A stretch of DNA of 64,000 nt, from assembly GCA_930979925.1 (NCBI GenBank), contig CAKNIB010000004.1:8556-72555 (forward strand), written 5' to 3'. Under the pieces are notes generated by a model that searched no databases, was not told where the DNA came from, and saw only the letters and a program-made list of their open reading frames with translations. The position numbers and the translations under genes were made by a program. The stretch comes from an uncultured Clostridia bacterium. GTDB taxonomy: Bacteria > Bacillota > Clostridia > Christensenellales > UBA1242. Each line of letters begins with the position of its first letter. Position 1 is the first letter of the stretch. Shown here piece by piece: positions 39,601 to 46,881 of the stretch.

Positions 39601-40231
39601 TATCAACGCACTTGGCTATGTCAATGTCAATGCTATAGAAGATTGCAAAGCATTGCTTGATAGATATGACGACCTAAACGGTCAGGCACAGGACCTAGAA
39701 AAAGCGCAGGATGATTTAAACAAGATTATCAAAGACCTATCAGGTATTATGATTGAAAAGTTTAACAACGAGCTAAGCAGAATTAATGAAAGCTTTAAAC
39801 TTACATTTAGAGAGCTATTCGGCGGTGGTACTGCCAAACTTGCGCTGTCTGATGAAAATGACCCGCTTGAGTCTGGCGTGGAGATTTTTGCTCAACCACC
39901 TGGCAAAAAGATACAGAACATGACTCTTCTTTCGGGTGGAGAAAAATCTCTAACCGCAATGGCTGTAATATTTGCTATACTAAGGATAAAACCTCTCCCA
40001 TTCTGTCTATTTGACGAGGTTGAGGCTGCACTTGATGATTCTAACGTCGAGATTGTGGACAAATATCTTAAGAAACTTTCTACTGATACACAGTTTATTC
40101 TTATAACCCACAAAAAGCCTACAATGGAATATGCGAACGCTCTTTATGGTGTTACAATGGAAGAAAAGGGTGTATCAAAGATTGTTTCTGTTCTGCTTTC
40201 AGATGCTATTAAGCATGCTCAGGAGGGTTAA
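36647..40231 (+). CDS. smc: Chromosome partition protein Smc
   Basis: Walker A GPNGCGKSN, long coiled coils, hinge (GVVASLIKVPEKFETAIEVALGG), signature LSGGEKSLTA and Walker B LFDEVEAALD. Confidence 0.97.
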   Translation: MIFKKIEMVGFKSFADRTIIEFNDNFTAIVGPNGCGKSNVSDAIRWVLGEQSPKTLRGDSMQDVIFNGTEKRKSLSYCEVTLTFDNSTRFFNFDYDELAITRKLYRSGESEYLINRNTCHLRDITNLLYNSGLGKNGYSVVSQGKVTELVDAKPENRRAMFEDAAGISKYKNDKREAERKLERTTDNLTRVKDILSEIERQMGPLKKQAENAKKYLEYKGKLKDLEVNAYIYQYENANDVKEKINLKLDALNKQIDIRQQDLDKTSADYDKSMFDLTNFDKVLSDLNEKILELTVSLEKQESETKIARERINYTYKENDRLNLDRSNSQTAIEVCEEEKETKLQTLVKLNADLEALEKSFDELSEEYSKIANELTLSEDEAGQGQQKIIETLGSLSDIKSSVSRLLAEKELLSGSLKNLEEDLSNLSSKGDENRKLLKESGSLIKAKEEELASVKEKNDNLASKNYLAERRLKELESEKANINTQIKVYENRKKLLTDLQNEYEGYSFAIKKLLRESERNSALKKNIVGVVASLIKVPEKFETAIEVALGGAVQNIVTYDEEGAKELIKFLKDNSFGRATFLPITSMKRRNFDTKLLQGKSGCFGLASELVDYDKKIDNVVSNLLGSTVIVDTLFTAVNLAKSTGYAFRIVTLDGDVVNPQGSLTGGSKKAESSNLIGREREIETLGIEIIKLEKRISEIDKEIKESSSLYEEQKKSIEELSNKKSALEVDIASEKEKYNKFSTIVSEVEDNYKVAEMEAETVRNKIKLISDELERSEKIESALSGNKVDADELIKEKREKFEKLRAERDRINNNILTVKVEIAEARTKVASVKSDIERIDNDLGRYKLNIVNLDEQIAKNNEFISSCENMIKEKLASAPSSAKKTELEEQIKKRGEVEASKVKLSDAIKELDNKKSAIMDELAGLRDKKFREEMNLSKVDTELEQMQERIYEEYSLSYSTCLDLRRADFDIEVAMPEISKLKKDINALGYVNVNAIEDCKALLDRYDDLNGQAQDLEKAQDDLNKIIKDLSGIMIEKFNNELSRINESFKLTFRELFGGGTAKLALSDENDPLESGVEIFAQPPGKKIQNMTLLSGGEKSLTAMAVIFAILRIKPLPFCLFDEVEAALDDSNVEIVDKYLKKLSTDTQFILITHKKPTMEYANALYGVTMEEKGVSKIVSVLLSDAIKHAQEG

Positions 40232-40233
40232 TA

Positions 40234-41130
40234 ATGGGAATTTTTAAAAAGATAGGTAATGCGCTAAGAAAAACTAGGGAGGCACTTGCTAGAAAAATAG
40301 ATGCTCTTCTTAGTCATGGCGAGCTTGACGACGACTTTTATGACGAACTTACCGACATTTTGATATCGTGCGATATTGGTGTTAGAACTAGTATGGATAT
40401 AGTTGAAAGTTTGAGAGTTAGGGCAAGAAAAAACAAACTTAGAACATCAGAAGACGTAAGAAAAGAGCTTAAAGACATCTTAAAAGAAGAATTTTCTGAA
40501 GTTGACGAGCTTAACATTGAGTATCCTGCCATTATTACGATTATAGGCGTAAATGGTGTTGGAAAGACTACCACTATTGGAAAGCTTTCAAAATACTTTA
40601 AAAATCAAAAGAAAGAGGTCACTCTTGTCGCTGCTGATACCTTTAGAGCTGCCGCGTCAAGCCAATTAAATGAGTGGGCAGAGCGTACAAAGACCAGGAT
40701 TATAAAACACGCGGAAGGTGCGGACGCTGCAGCGGTGGTATTTGATGGGATATCGAGCGCCAAGGCAAAGGGCACGGATGTGCTTTTGGTTGATACAGCA
40801 GGACGCCTCCACACTAAGACCAACTTAATGGAGGAACTTAAAAAGATTGATAAAGTTATCAATCGAGAATATCCGGAAGCGCATAAATATAACCTTATAG
40901 TACTTGATGCCACAACTGGACAAAATGCATTAAATCAAATCAACGCCTTTAATGAGTTTGTTAAAATTGATGGCATAATACTTACAAAACTTGATGGCAC
41001 GGCTAAAGGCGGAGTGGTGGTTGCTATAGAAAAAGAGTATCACCTTCCAGTAGCCTTTGTTGGCGTTGGCGAGGGGGTTGATGACCTTGAAAAATTTGAC
41101 TATAATGACTTTATAGATAATTTATTCTAA
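40234..41130 (+). CDS. ftsY: Signal recognition particle receptor FtsY (NG domain only)
   Basis: GVNGVGKTTTIGKL, DTAGRLH and TKLDGTAKGG motifs. Confidence 0.95.
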   Translation: MGIFKKIGNALRKTREALARKIDALLSHGELDDDFYDELTDILISCDIGVRTSMDIVESLRVRARKNKLRTSEDVRKELKDILKEEFSEVDELNIEYPAIITIIGVNGVGKTTTIGKLSKYFKNQKKEVTLVAADTFRAAASSQLNEWAERTKTRIIKHAEGADAAAVVFDGISSAKAKGTDVLLVDTAGRLHTKTNLMEELKKIDKVINREYPEAHKYNLIVLDATTGQNALNQINAFNEFVKIDGIILTKLDGTAKGGVVVAIEKEYHLPVAFVGVGEGVDDLEKFDYNDFIDNLF

Positions 41131-41158
41131 ATCCAAAATTAATTAAAAGGAGTATATT

Positions 41159-41431
41159 ATGGACGAAGAAGATTTTGAAGAGATTAACTACAAATTTGAC
41201 ACACAGCTTTTACTTGAAGGCAAAGACCTTTCAGATGATGAGGTAAGAGACTACATCACAAAAAACATTGAAGGAGACTGCCTTCTTGTAGTAGGTGATG
41301 ACGAACTACTTAAACTTCATTTTCACACAAACACACCTTGGAAGGTGCTTGAGTACTGTGCAACCCTTGGCGAGATTTACGACATAGTAGTAGAGAATAT
41401 GCCTCGTCAAGCACAGGGACTTAAAGGCTAA
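41159..41431 (+). CDS. Stand-alone 90-aa protein resembling the middle domain of FakA/YloV (DAK2-fusion protein)
   Basis: GDCLLVVGDDELLKLHFHTNTPWKVLEYCATLGEIYDIVVENMPRQ aligns by eye with YloV GDSLLVIADDDLVKVHVHAEQPGEVL...IENMREQH. Strong AAAGGAG SD and a terminator downstream. Confidence 0.55.
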   Translation: MDEEDFEEINYKFDTQLLLEGKDLSDDEVRDYITKNIEGDCLLVVGDDELLKLHFHTNTPWKVLEYCATLGEIYDIVVENMPRQAQGLKG

Positions 41432-41557
41432 ATTATTAAATAAGTCTTTAGTTTTCTTTACATGAAAATTTTTGCAAATTTTTTCGTGCAATTTTTTTGC
41501 ATGATATTAAAAGAAACAAGGATAAATCTAATAAAATTTTATTTTCTATAGAAACGA

Positions 41558-41589
41558 AAGAATAGTGCGATTGAGTACTATTCTTTTTT
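41558..41589 (+). terminator. Rho-independent terminator ending the smc-ftsY operon
   Basis: AAGAATAGT..ACTATTCTT stem followed by TTTT. Confidence 0.7.
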
Positions 41590-41688
41590 ATAAAAAACAA
41601 ATAATTTACTTAAGACAAGCAAATTTCGACAACTTTCGTCATATACAAATATTATTGTGATGGATTTCACTTTAAAGGGCGGTGCAAA

Positions 41689-42423
41689 GTGATATATGAA
41701 AGTTTCGCAAAATTTGTTAGTAAAATTTGTTGTTTTACATCTTTTGTAAGTAGTATCCAAGGTTTTCCAAAGCCGTTAACAAAAGAGGAAGAGCTTGAGT
41801 GTATTGAAAGACTACAAAAAGGTGACAAAAAGGCAAGAGAGACTCTTATAAATCACAATCTTAGGCTGGTTGCACATATCGTCAAAAAGTATAATAACTC
41901 ACTTGAGGCAGATGACCTTATTTCTGTTGGTACAATCGGTCTTATTAAGGCGGTTGATAATTTTGACGGTTCAAAAGGTGTACTACTTTCAACTTATGCT
42001 TCAAGATGCATAGAAAATGAAATTTTAATGCTTATTCGCGCAAACAAAAAACATAAAGACATAATCTCGCTTAACACACTCCTGTCTCCAAAAGTTGATA
42101 GTGATGACATGGAGCTTACAAACGTCATTGCCTCAGAGTCAGAAGAGGATGTCTTTCATCTTATTGAGACTGGTTGTATGATGCAAGATGTAGAAAAGGC
42201 GATGAAAGCATGTCTTTCTCCAATGGAGCAAGAGATTATAAAATATAGGTATGGTATTTGTGGTTATGATGTAAAAACCCAAAAGGAAGTTGCTGAGATA
42301 TTTAATATTTCAAGGTCGTATATTTCAAGGATTGAGTCCAAAGTAATAAAAATTTTACAGAAAAATTTAATTAAAGAAGAGGACGAAAATCAAAAAATAG
42401 AAGAAAAAATTGAAAAAAATTAG
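41689..42423 (+). CDS. sigK: Sporulation sigma factor SigK (pro-sigma-K), uninterrupted
   Basis: Hydrophobic ~20-aa pro-sequence then GFPKPLTKEEE and HNLRLVAHIVKKY (identical core to B. subtilis SigK). TYASRCIENEILM and region 4 ISRSYISRIE. SigE is the alternative call. Confidence 0.65.
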   Translation: MIYESFAKFVSKICCFTSFVSSIQGFPKPLTKEEELECIERLQKGDKKARETLINHNLRLVAHIVKKYNNSLEADDLISVGTIGLIKAVDNFDGSKGVLLSTYASRCIENEILMLIRANKKHKDIISLNTLLSPKVDSDDMELTNVIASESEEDVFHLIETGCMMQDVEKAMKACLSPMEQEIIKYRYGICGYDVKTQKEVAEIFNISRSYISRIESKVIKILQKNLIKEEDENQKIEEKIEKN

Positions 42424-42502
42424 CAAAAACACTTGTTTCTCACAAAAAATATTATATACTATTAAAAAAGATATATAATTTTTTGTTTTTTGGAGTAAAA
42501 AT

Positions 42503-43870
42503 ATGGAAAAGTCGGAATTTTATAAAGTAGTAAATAAATTAGTTTTACCGCTATTTATTGGGTCATTTATTGAAGGCGAGGAAGAGTCAACATCTCGTGA
42601 CAGCGAGGTCGCGTTTGGCAGACGAAATTCTCTTTTGATAAAACCTTTTAAAACGGACGAATATAGATTAATTTTAAGACGGGGACAACCTTTCCAAGTA
42701 TTTGAGGTTAATCTTCTTAGAAATATTTTAAATGAAATCAACAAAATTTCTTCTTTAAATTTGGATGATGAAAGTTATATCTCAGTTCTTCAAAACAATG
42801 CTATAGAAAAGTCGATATGTGCCAGTATCAGTGACGCCGAAACCTCAAATGTGATGTTTGGCATTTTGACAGAACTTGAAAAGTGGGGCGCTCGTACTTA
42901 TGAAGGCAAAAAGATTGCAATTGGTATAATAATAAATACCTCTTTAGATAACTCTGATCAGCCAGAGACAATATCTTATAGTGACATCATGGATAGAGAC
43001 TTTTTTGCACTTTTGTCAGATGGCATAGATTCTTATATTGAGTTTGACAAAAAAGGCAACTTAGTTGGCTATCTTCAACTTGATAAAGTTAAAAAGGTGC
43101 CAAGCATTGCTCCATGTGATTATGAAATGGTAGCAAGATATTGCAATGATAAGAGAATTGGAATAGTACTTACCAAAAATGGCGACTTCCTTATATTTAA
43201 AAATAGAGAACTTCTATTTTCAAAAAGACTTGGAGGTTGGAATATTTACTCTCATGAAGAGGTTATACAACTTTTATCCTATCGAGGCAACTATTCCCTA
43301 AAGGATATACGTAGGTCAGTTTATTATACAGCACTTGACACATCCTTTGCCTACTCGGGAGGCTGTATTATTTACTTAAATAAGGACACAGTGGAAGGCG
43401 CATTAACACATATTAATGCTCATGATATTCTTGATGAAAGATATTTTGAAATTAAGAAAAGGCAGGAGCTTGAAAATGCCGGAAAACTATATAATTTACA
43501 AAATCTAGCATCGGTAGAAGCGATGTACAATGTTTCTTATCAGACTTTTCTTGAAGAGCAAAATTGCGTTAAAGTTGAGTGTCTACGAAAGATTATATCA
43601 GGTAAACCTTTTCATGAACTCAGTCGAAAATTAAGGCAAGAACTAGTAAGCATGGATGGTGCAACTGTCATTGATAGCGACGGAACTATAATTGCAGTAG
43701 GGGCGATATTAAAGATAGAAGCCGGAAGTGAAGGAGGTGGAAGGTTAGCTGCCGCAACCACACTTTCAAAATACGGCATTTCAATAAAAATATCTCAAGA
43801 CGGCATACTTAAAGCCTTCTATCCAGATAGGAAAAATGGCAAAGTTAAGGTATTATTTACAGTTGGCTAA
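42503..43870 (+). CDS. Protein with a divergent DisA_N/diadenylate-cyclase-like C-terminal domain and an uncharacterised N-terminal region
   Basis: C-terminus LVSMDGATVIDSDGTIIAVGAIL...GGGRLAAATTLSKYGISIKISQDG aligns to the DAC motifs HDGAVII...GTRHRAA...VVSEETG. The DGA motif is kept and RHR is replaced by GRL. GGAG SD. Confidence 0.5.
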   Translation: MEKSEFYKVVNKLVLPLFIGSFIEGEEESTSRDSEVAFGRRNSLLIKPFKTDEYRLILRRGQPFQVFEVNLLRNILNEINKISSLNLDDESYISVLQNNAIEKSICASISDAETSNVMFGILTELEKWGARTYEGKKIAIGIIINTSLDNSDQPETISYSDIMDRDFFALLSDGIDSYIEFDKKGNLVGYLQLDKVKKVPSIAPCDYEMVARYCNDKRIGIVLTKNGDFLIFKNRELLFSKRLGGWNIYSHEEVIQLLSYRGNYSLKDIRRSVYYTALDTSFAYSGGCIIYLNKDTVEGALTHINAHDILDERYFEIKKRQELENAGKLYNLQNLASVEAMYNVSYQTFLEEQNCVKVECLRKIISGKPFHELSRKLRQELVSMDGATVIDSDGTIIAVGAILKIEAGSEGGGRLAAATTLSKYGISIKISQDGILKAFYPDRKNGKVKVLFTVG

Positions 43871-43923
43871 AAGTTGGACAAAAATCGGAAGCGTTTTGCT
43901 TCCGTTTTTTTTGATAACAGCAA

Positions 43924-43952
43924 TTGACAAGAGCAATTTAATATGGTATAAT
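43924..43952 (+). promoter_or_regulatory. Perfect consensus extended -10 promoter for rnpB
   Basis: TTGACA (43924-43929), 17 nt, TGgTATAAT (TATAAT 43947-43952). Confidence 0.7.
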
Positions 43953-43958
43953 ATAAAA

Positions 43959-44290
43959 GAGTTATGCAGACAATCGCGTCATTTTTATGATGAGGAAAGT
44001 CCGAGCATCAAGAGAACTGGGTGCTGGTTAACGGCCAGCGGAGGCGACTCTAGGAATAGTGCAACAGAAATAAACCGCCTGCCAAGAAAGCAGGTAAGGA
44101 TGGAAAGGTGGTGTAAGAGACCACCGCTTAGCTAGAGATAGTTAAGGCTCTGTAAACTCCACCTGATGCAAGGTCAAAAGGGCATATGTGCTTGTTCTCT
44201 CACGCCCTGAACGAACCGCTTGAACTTATTGGCAACAATAAGTCTAGATAGATGATTGTCAAATACAGAACTCGGCTTACAGCATGACTC
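43959..44290 (+). ncRNA. rnpB: RNase P RNA (bacterial type A-like)
   Basis: Conserved GAGGAAAGTCCG (P4 5' strand), GGTTAACGGCC, ACAGAAATAAACCGCC and ACAGAACTCGGCTTA. P1 pairing GAGTTATGC/GCATGACTC. End coordinates are approximate. Confidence 0.9.
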
Positions 44291-44317
44291 GCCAGCTAAA
44301 CGAAGCTGGTTTTTTTG
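44291..44317 (+). terminator. Terminator after rnpB
   Basis: GCCAGCT-aaacga-AGCTGGT followed by TTTTTTT. Confidence 0.8.
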
Positions 44318-44362
44318 TTTTTAAAAAAGTTTAAATGGCAAAAAACAGTCAATAATCTAGGT

Positions 44363-45589
44363 ATGGATAAAAAAGAGTACCTTGGAAAGATAGAAAATTT
44401 AATTGTAAATCGAATTAAATATCATGCGCCTAATCTAATAAGTAGTGATGTTGATTTTTCTCTGCTCGACGCTATTGGTATAGACGGGACAAAACCTATT
44501 TTTGTTTATAAAAAACCACTTGATAAACTTTTTTATAGAGCCTTTTTAAATGTAAAAAAGACGGTAGATTTTAATCTAATATTAACTCAAAGACCTAATG
44601 TCAGCGAAAAGAAAATAAAGTTATTAAAAGATTCCTTTATTATCTTAGAGGATGAGCTAGGCTCTAGCCTGCAACATACTCTTGACGCGCTAAACATAAA
44701 CTATTTATCACATAGTAAATTTGAAAATGACCTGCAAGGCGAATATATTAAATTTAATGAAAATAAGATAGAGTTTGACTATACACCATACTATTATAGC
44801 AAAAAAATTATGTCAGATGGAGTTATTTTTCATGCTACAAACTTTCTTTTAAATGGAAAAAATTATATCCTTAATATAACAAATACTCGCAAGGAAAATA
44901 AAGAGATTACATTTGAGATAAATGTACCTCTTCCTCGTGGTTACTATGTTTTTAAAAGGGGAATTGATTTTATTGAAGTAGAAAATCTAACAAACAGGCA
45001 AAAGGCTTACTTTAATTATCATTTTAAAAATGCTGTCATAACTTTTTCAAATATGTCAGGCATTGAAAGTTGTACTTTTGCTTGCATTAATGTTAAGTGC
45101 GCGCTTAAGCTTATGCCACTTGAGAACAAAAAATGTTATTTTAACTTTGGAGAGAATAAATACTGTATATGTTCGCCTAAAGATATGCAATATTTCTTTG
45201 AACTTTCGCAAATTAAAGCAAACCAAACTTTTGATTTAAAAGTGACTTCTCACAACAAGCAATTTGACAACCTTTTTAACTTCTCTTTGCCCCGAAAAAT
45301 CTGGGAAATGTGGCAAAATTTTGATGTTGACGAAAAAAGTGAAAATGAGTGGTTAAAAATGAAAAATCAAATCATCAAAAAAGGTGAAAAAGCCGTGCAA
45401 ATTAACCAAGAATTTAAAGGGCTCAAAGAGGTCAAATTCTTTTATAATAACAGGTGGAAACGCGTTTTTATTGTGCACAATAACGCCTGCTATCTTTTTG
45501 CCGATAAAGTCAAATATTTTAACTATACTTTGCTTACAAAAGAAATTTTTAATAAAAATAATGAAATTTACTTGTCTTTTGCCAACTAG
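44363..45589 (+). CDS. Hypothetical protein (408 aa), very AT-rich, no recognisable motif
   Basis: Long uninterrupted ORF. ATG 44363 is the first ATG after the rnpB terminator. No convincing SD. Confidence 0.55.
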   Translation: MDKKEYLGKIENLIVNRIKYHAPNLISSDVDFSLLDAIGIDGTKPIFVYKKPLDKLFYRAFLNVKKTVDFNLILTQRPNVSEKKIKLLKDSFIILEDELGSSLQHTLDALNINYLSHSKFENDLQGEYIKFNENKIEFDYTPYYYSKKIMSDGVIFHATNFLLNGKNYILNITNTRKENKEITFEINVPLPRGYYVFKRGIDFIEVENLTNRQKAYFNYHFKNAVITFSNMSGIESCTFACINVKCALKLMPLENKKCYFNFGENKYCICSPKDMQYFFELSQIKANQTFDLKVTSHNKQFDNLFNFSLPRKIWEMWQNFDVDEKSENEWLKMKNQIIKKGEKAVQINQEFKGLKEVKFFYNNRWKRVFIVHNNACYLFADKVKYFNYTLLTKEIFNKNNEIYLSFAN

Positions 45590-45608
45590 TATTGTAAAAT
45601 AACGATGT

Positions 45609-46880
45609 ATGGAAGGAAAGAATAGAGTTCCACTTGCAGAAAAAATGCGTCCGAAGTCATTTGATGACTTTGTGGGACAAGAACATATTGTTGGGAAAAA
45701 CACTTTACTTTACAGGGCTATCAAATATGGCACTCTTGGTAGCTGTATTTTTTATGGACCTCCAGGGACGGGTAAGACCACGCTAGCAAATATAATAGCA
45801 AACTCGCTTAATGCAAACTATGTAAAGATTAACGCGGTTACAAGTGGCGTTAGTGACGCAAAAGCTATTATTGAAAGGGCTAGGCAGGACAAGGCAATGC
45901 TAGGCACTGATACCTTTTTAATTCTTGACGAATGTCACAGATGGAACAAGGCTCAGTCAGATTGCGTGCTTGAGGCAATAGAAGATGGCTCAATATATTT
46001 TATTGGTACTACCACTGAAAACCCATATACTTCAATGACACGAGCTATTGTCTCGCGTTGTAGAATTTTTGAGTTTAAACCTATTACATCCAAGGATATA
46101 AAGAAAGCGCTTAAACGGGCACTTGTCGACAAAGAGAATGGACTTGGTAATATGCCAGTAGAATGCGAAGAGAAGGCATTAGATTATTTTGCTTACGCCT
46201 GCGGAGGCGATTTAAGAGGGGCGCTCAACGCTCTTGAGCTTGCAGTTATGACCTCGCCGGTATCAAAAGACAAAAAGATACATATAAACCTTTTAACAGC
46301 TCAGCAGTCAATTGATAAAAAGGCGCTATCCATGGACGAAAATATGTATTACGATTTTCTCTCTGCCTTTTGCAAGAGTTTGAGAGGCTGTGACGTTGAG
46401 GCGGCTTTGTACTATTCACAAAGACTTATTAAAGCGGGCTGTGACCCAATGATAATCGCAAGAAGACTTGTCGCTCACGCCTCAGAGGATGTCGGCATGG
46501 CTGACTCAAACGCCTTGCTTCTTGCAACAAGCGCCATGTATGCAGTTGAAAAGATGGGACAACCTGAGGGGCTTATACCTTTAACTCATGCAATAATCTA
46601 TGTGTGTGAGGCTGAAAAGTCCAACTCGGTTGTTAAAGCTCTTTATATGGCAGAAGATGACGCTATAAATTGTACAGATAACAAGGTGCCAAATCATCTT
46701 AAAAATCATCCGAGTACAAATGATGACGGCCATGGCAAGTACAAGTATCCACATGATTATGGTGGGTATGTAAAACAGCAATACATGCCAGATAGTTTAA
46801 AGGATAGAGTATACTATGTGCCAGGAAATAATGGCAGAGAAAAGAATTTAATTAGAAAGAAATTTAGAGGAGATAAATAA
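45609..46880 (+). CDS. rarA: Replication-associated recombination protein A (RarA/MgsA AAA+ ATPase)
   Basis: Walker A GPPGTGKTT, Walker B LILDECHRWNK and a MgsA C-terminal domain (YYDFLSAFCKSLRG, HLKN...KYKYPHDY). Confidence 0.92.
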   Translation: MEGKNRVPLAEKMRPKSFDDFVGQEHIVGKNTLLYRAIKYGTLGSCIFYGPPGTGKTTLANIIANSLNANYVKINAVTSGVSDAKAIIERARQDKAMLGTDTFLILDECHRWNKAQSDCVLEAIEDGSIYFIGTTTENPYTSMTRAIVSRCRIFEFKPITSKDIKKALKRALVDKENGLGNMPVECEEKALDYFAYACGGDLRGALNALELAVMTSPVSKDKKIHINLLTAQQSIDKKALSMDENMYYDFLSAFCKSLRGCDVEAALYYSQRLIKAGCDPMIIARRLVAHASEDVGMADSNALLLATSAMYAVEKMGQPEGLIPLTHAIIYVCEAEKSNSVVKALYMAEDDAINCTDNKVPNHLKNHPSTNDDGHGKYKYPHDYGGYVKQQYMPDSLKDRVYYVPGNNGREKNLIRKKFRGDK

Positions 46881-46881
46881 A

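Noticed and set aside
38902-39606. 234-aa ORF on the minus strand inside smc
   Set aside because: It is antisense to the K/E/L-rich coiled-coil region. The Ser/Leu/Phe-rich low-complexity product is the expected mirror of GAA/AAG/CTT codons. There is no SD or promoter. The other minus-strand ORFs within smc (37072, 38626, 39892) are rejected for the same reasons.
41432-41557. Repeated TGCAA(A/T)TTTTTT motifs downstream of the 90-aa gene, and the 61-aa minus-strand ORF at 41306-41491
   Set aside because: The repeats are short, AT-rich and imperfect, and show no clear hairpin or coding potential. The minus-strand ORF overlaps the supported plus-strand gene and lacks translation signals.
41600-41688. 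skin-like interruption or recombination site in sigK
   Set aside because: The sigK reading frame is continuous from the pro-sequence to region 4.2, and no recombinase gene is nearby.
43836-44135. 99-aa plus-strand ORF
   Set aside because: It overlaps the promoter and the first half of the RNase P RNA gene, and its sequence is explained by rnpB.
20366-44362. Upstream extensions of several ORF-track frames (20366, 21837, 23662, 34790, 35835, 44315; also 2809 and 6262)
   Set aside because: The extensions begin at non-ATG codons without an SD, run through promoters or terminators, or add residues absent from homologues. Downstream ATG/TTG starts with an SD or with leaderless promoter geometry were preferred.
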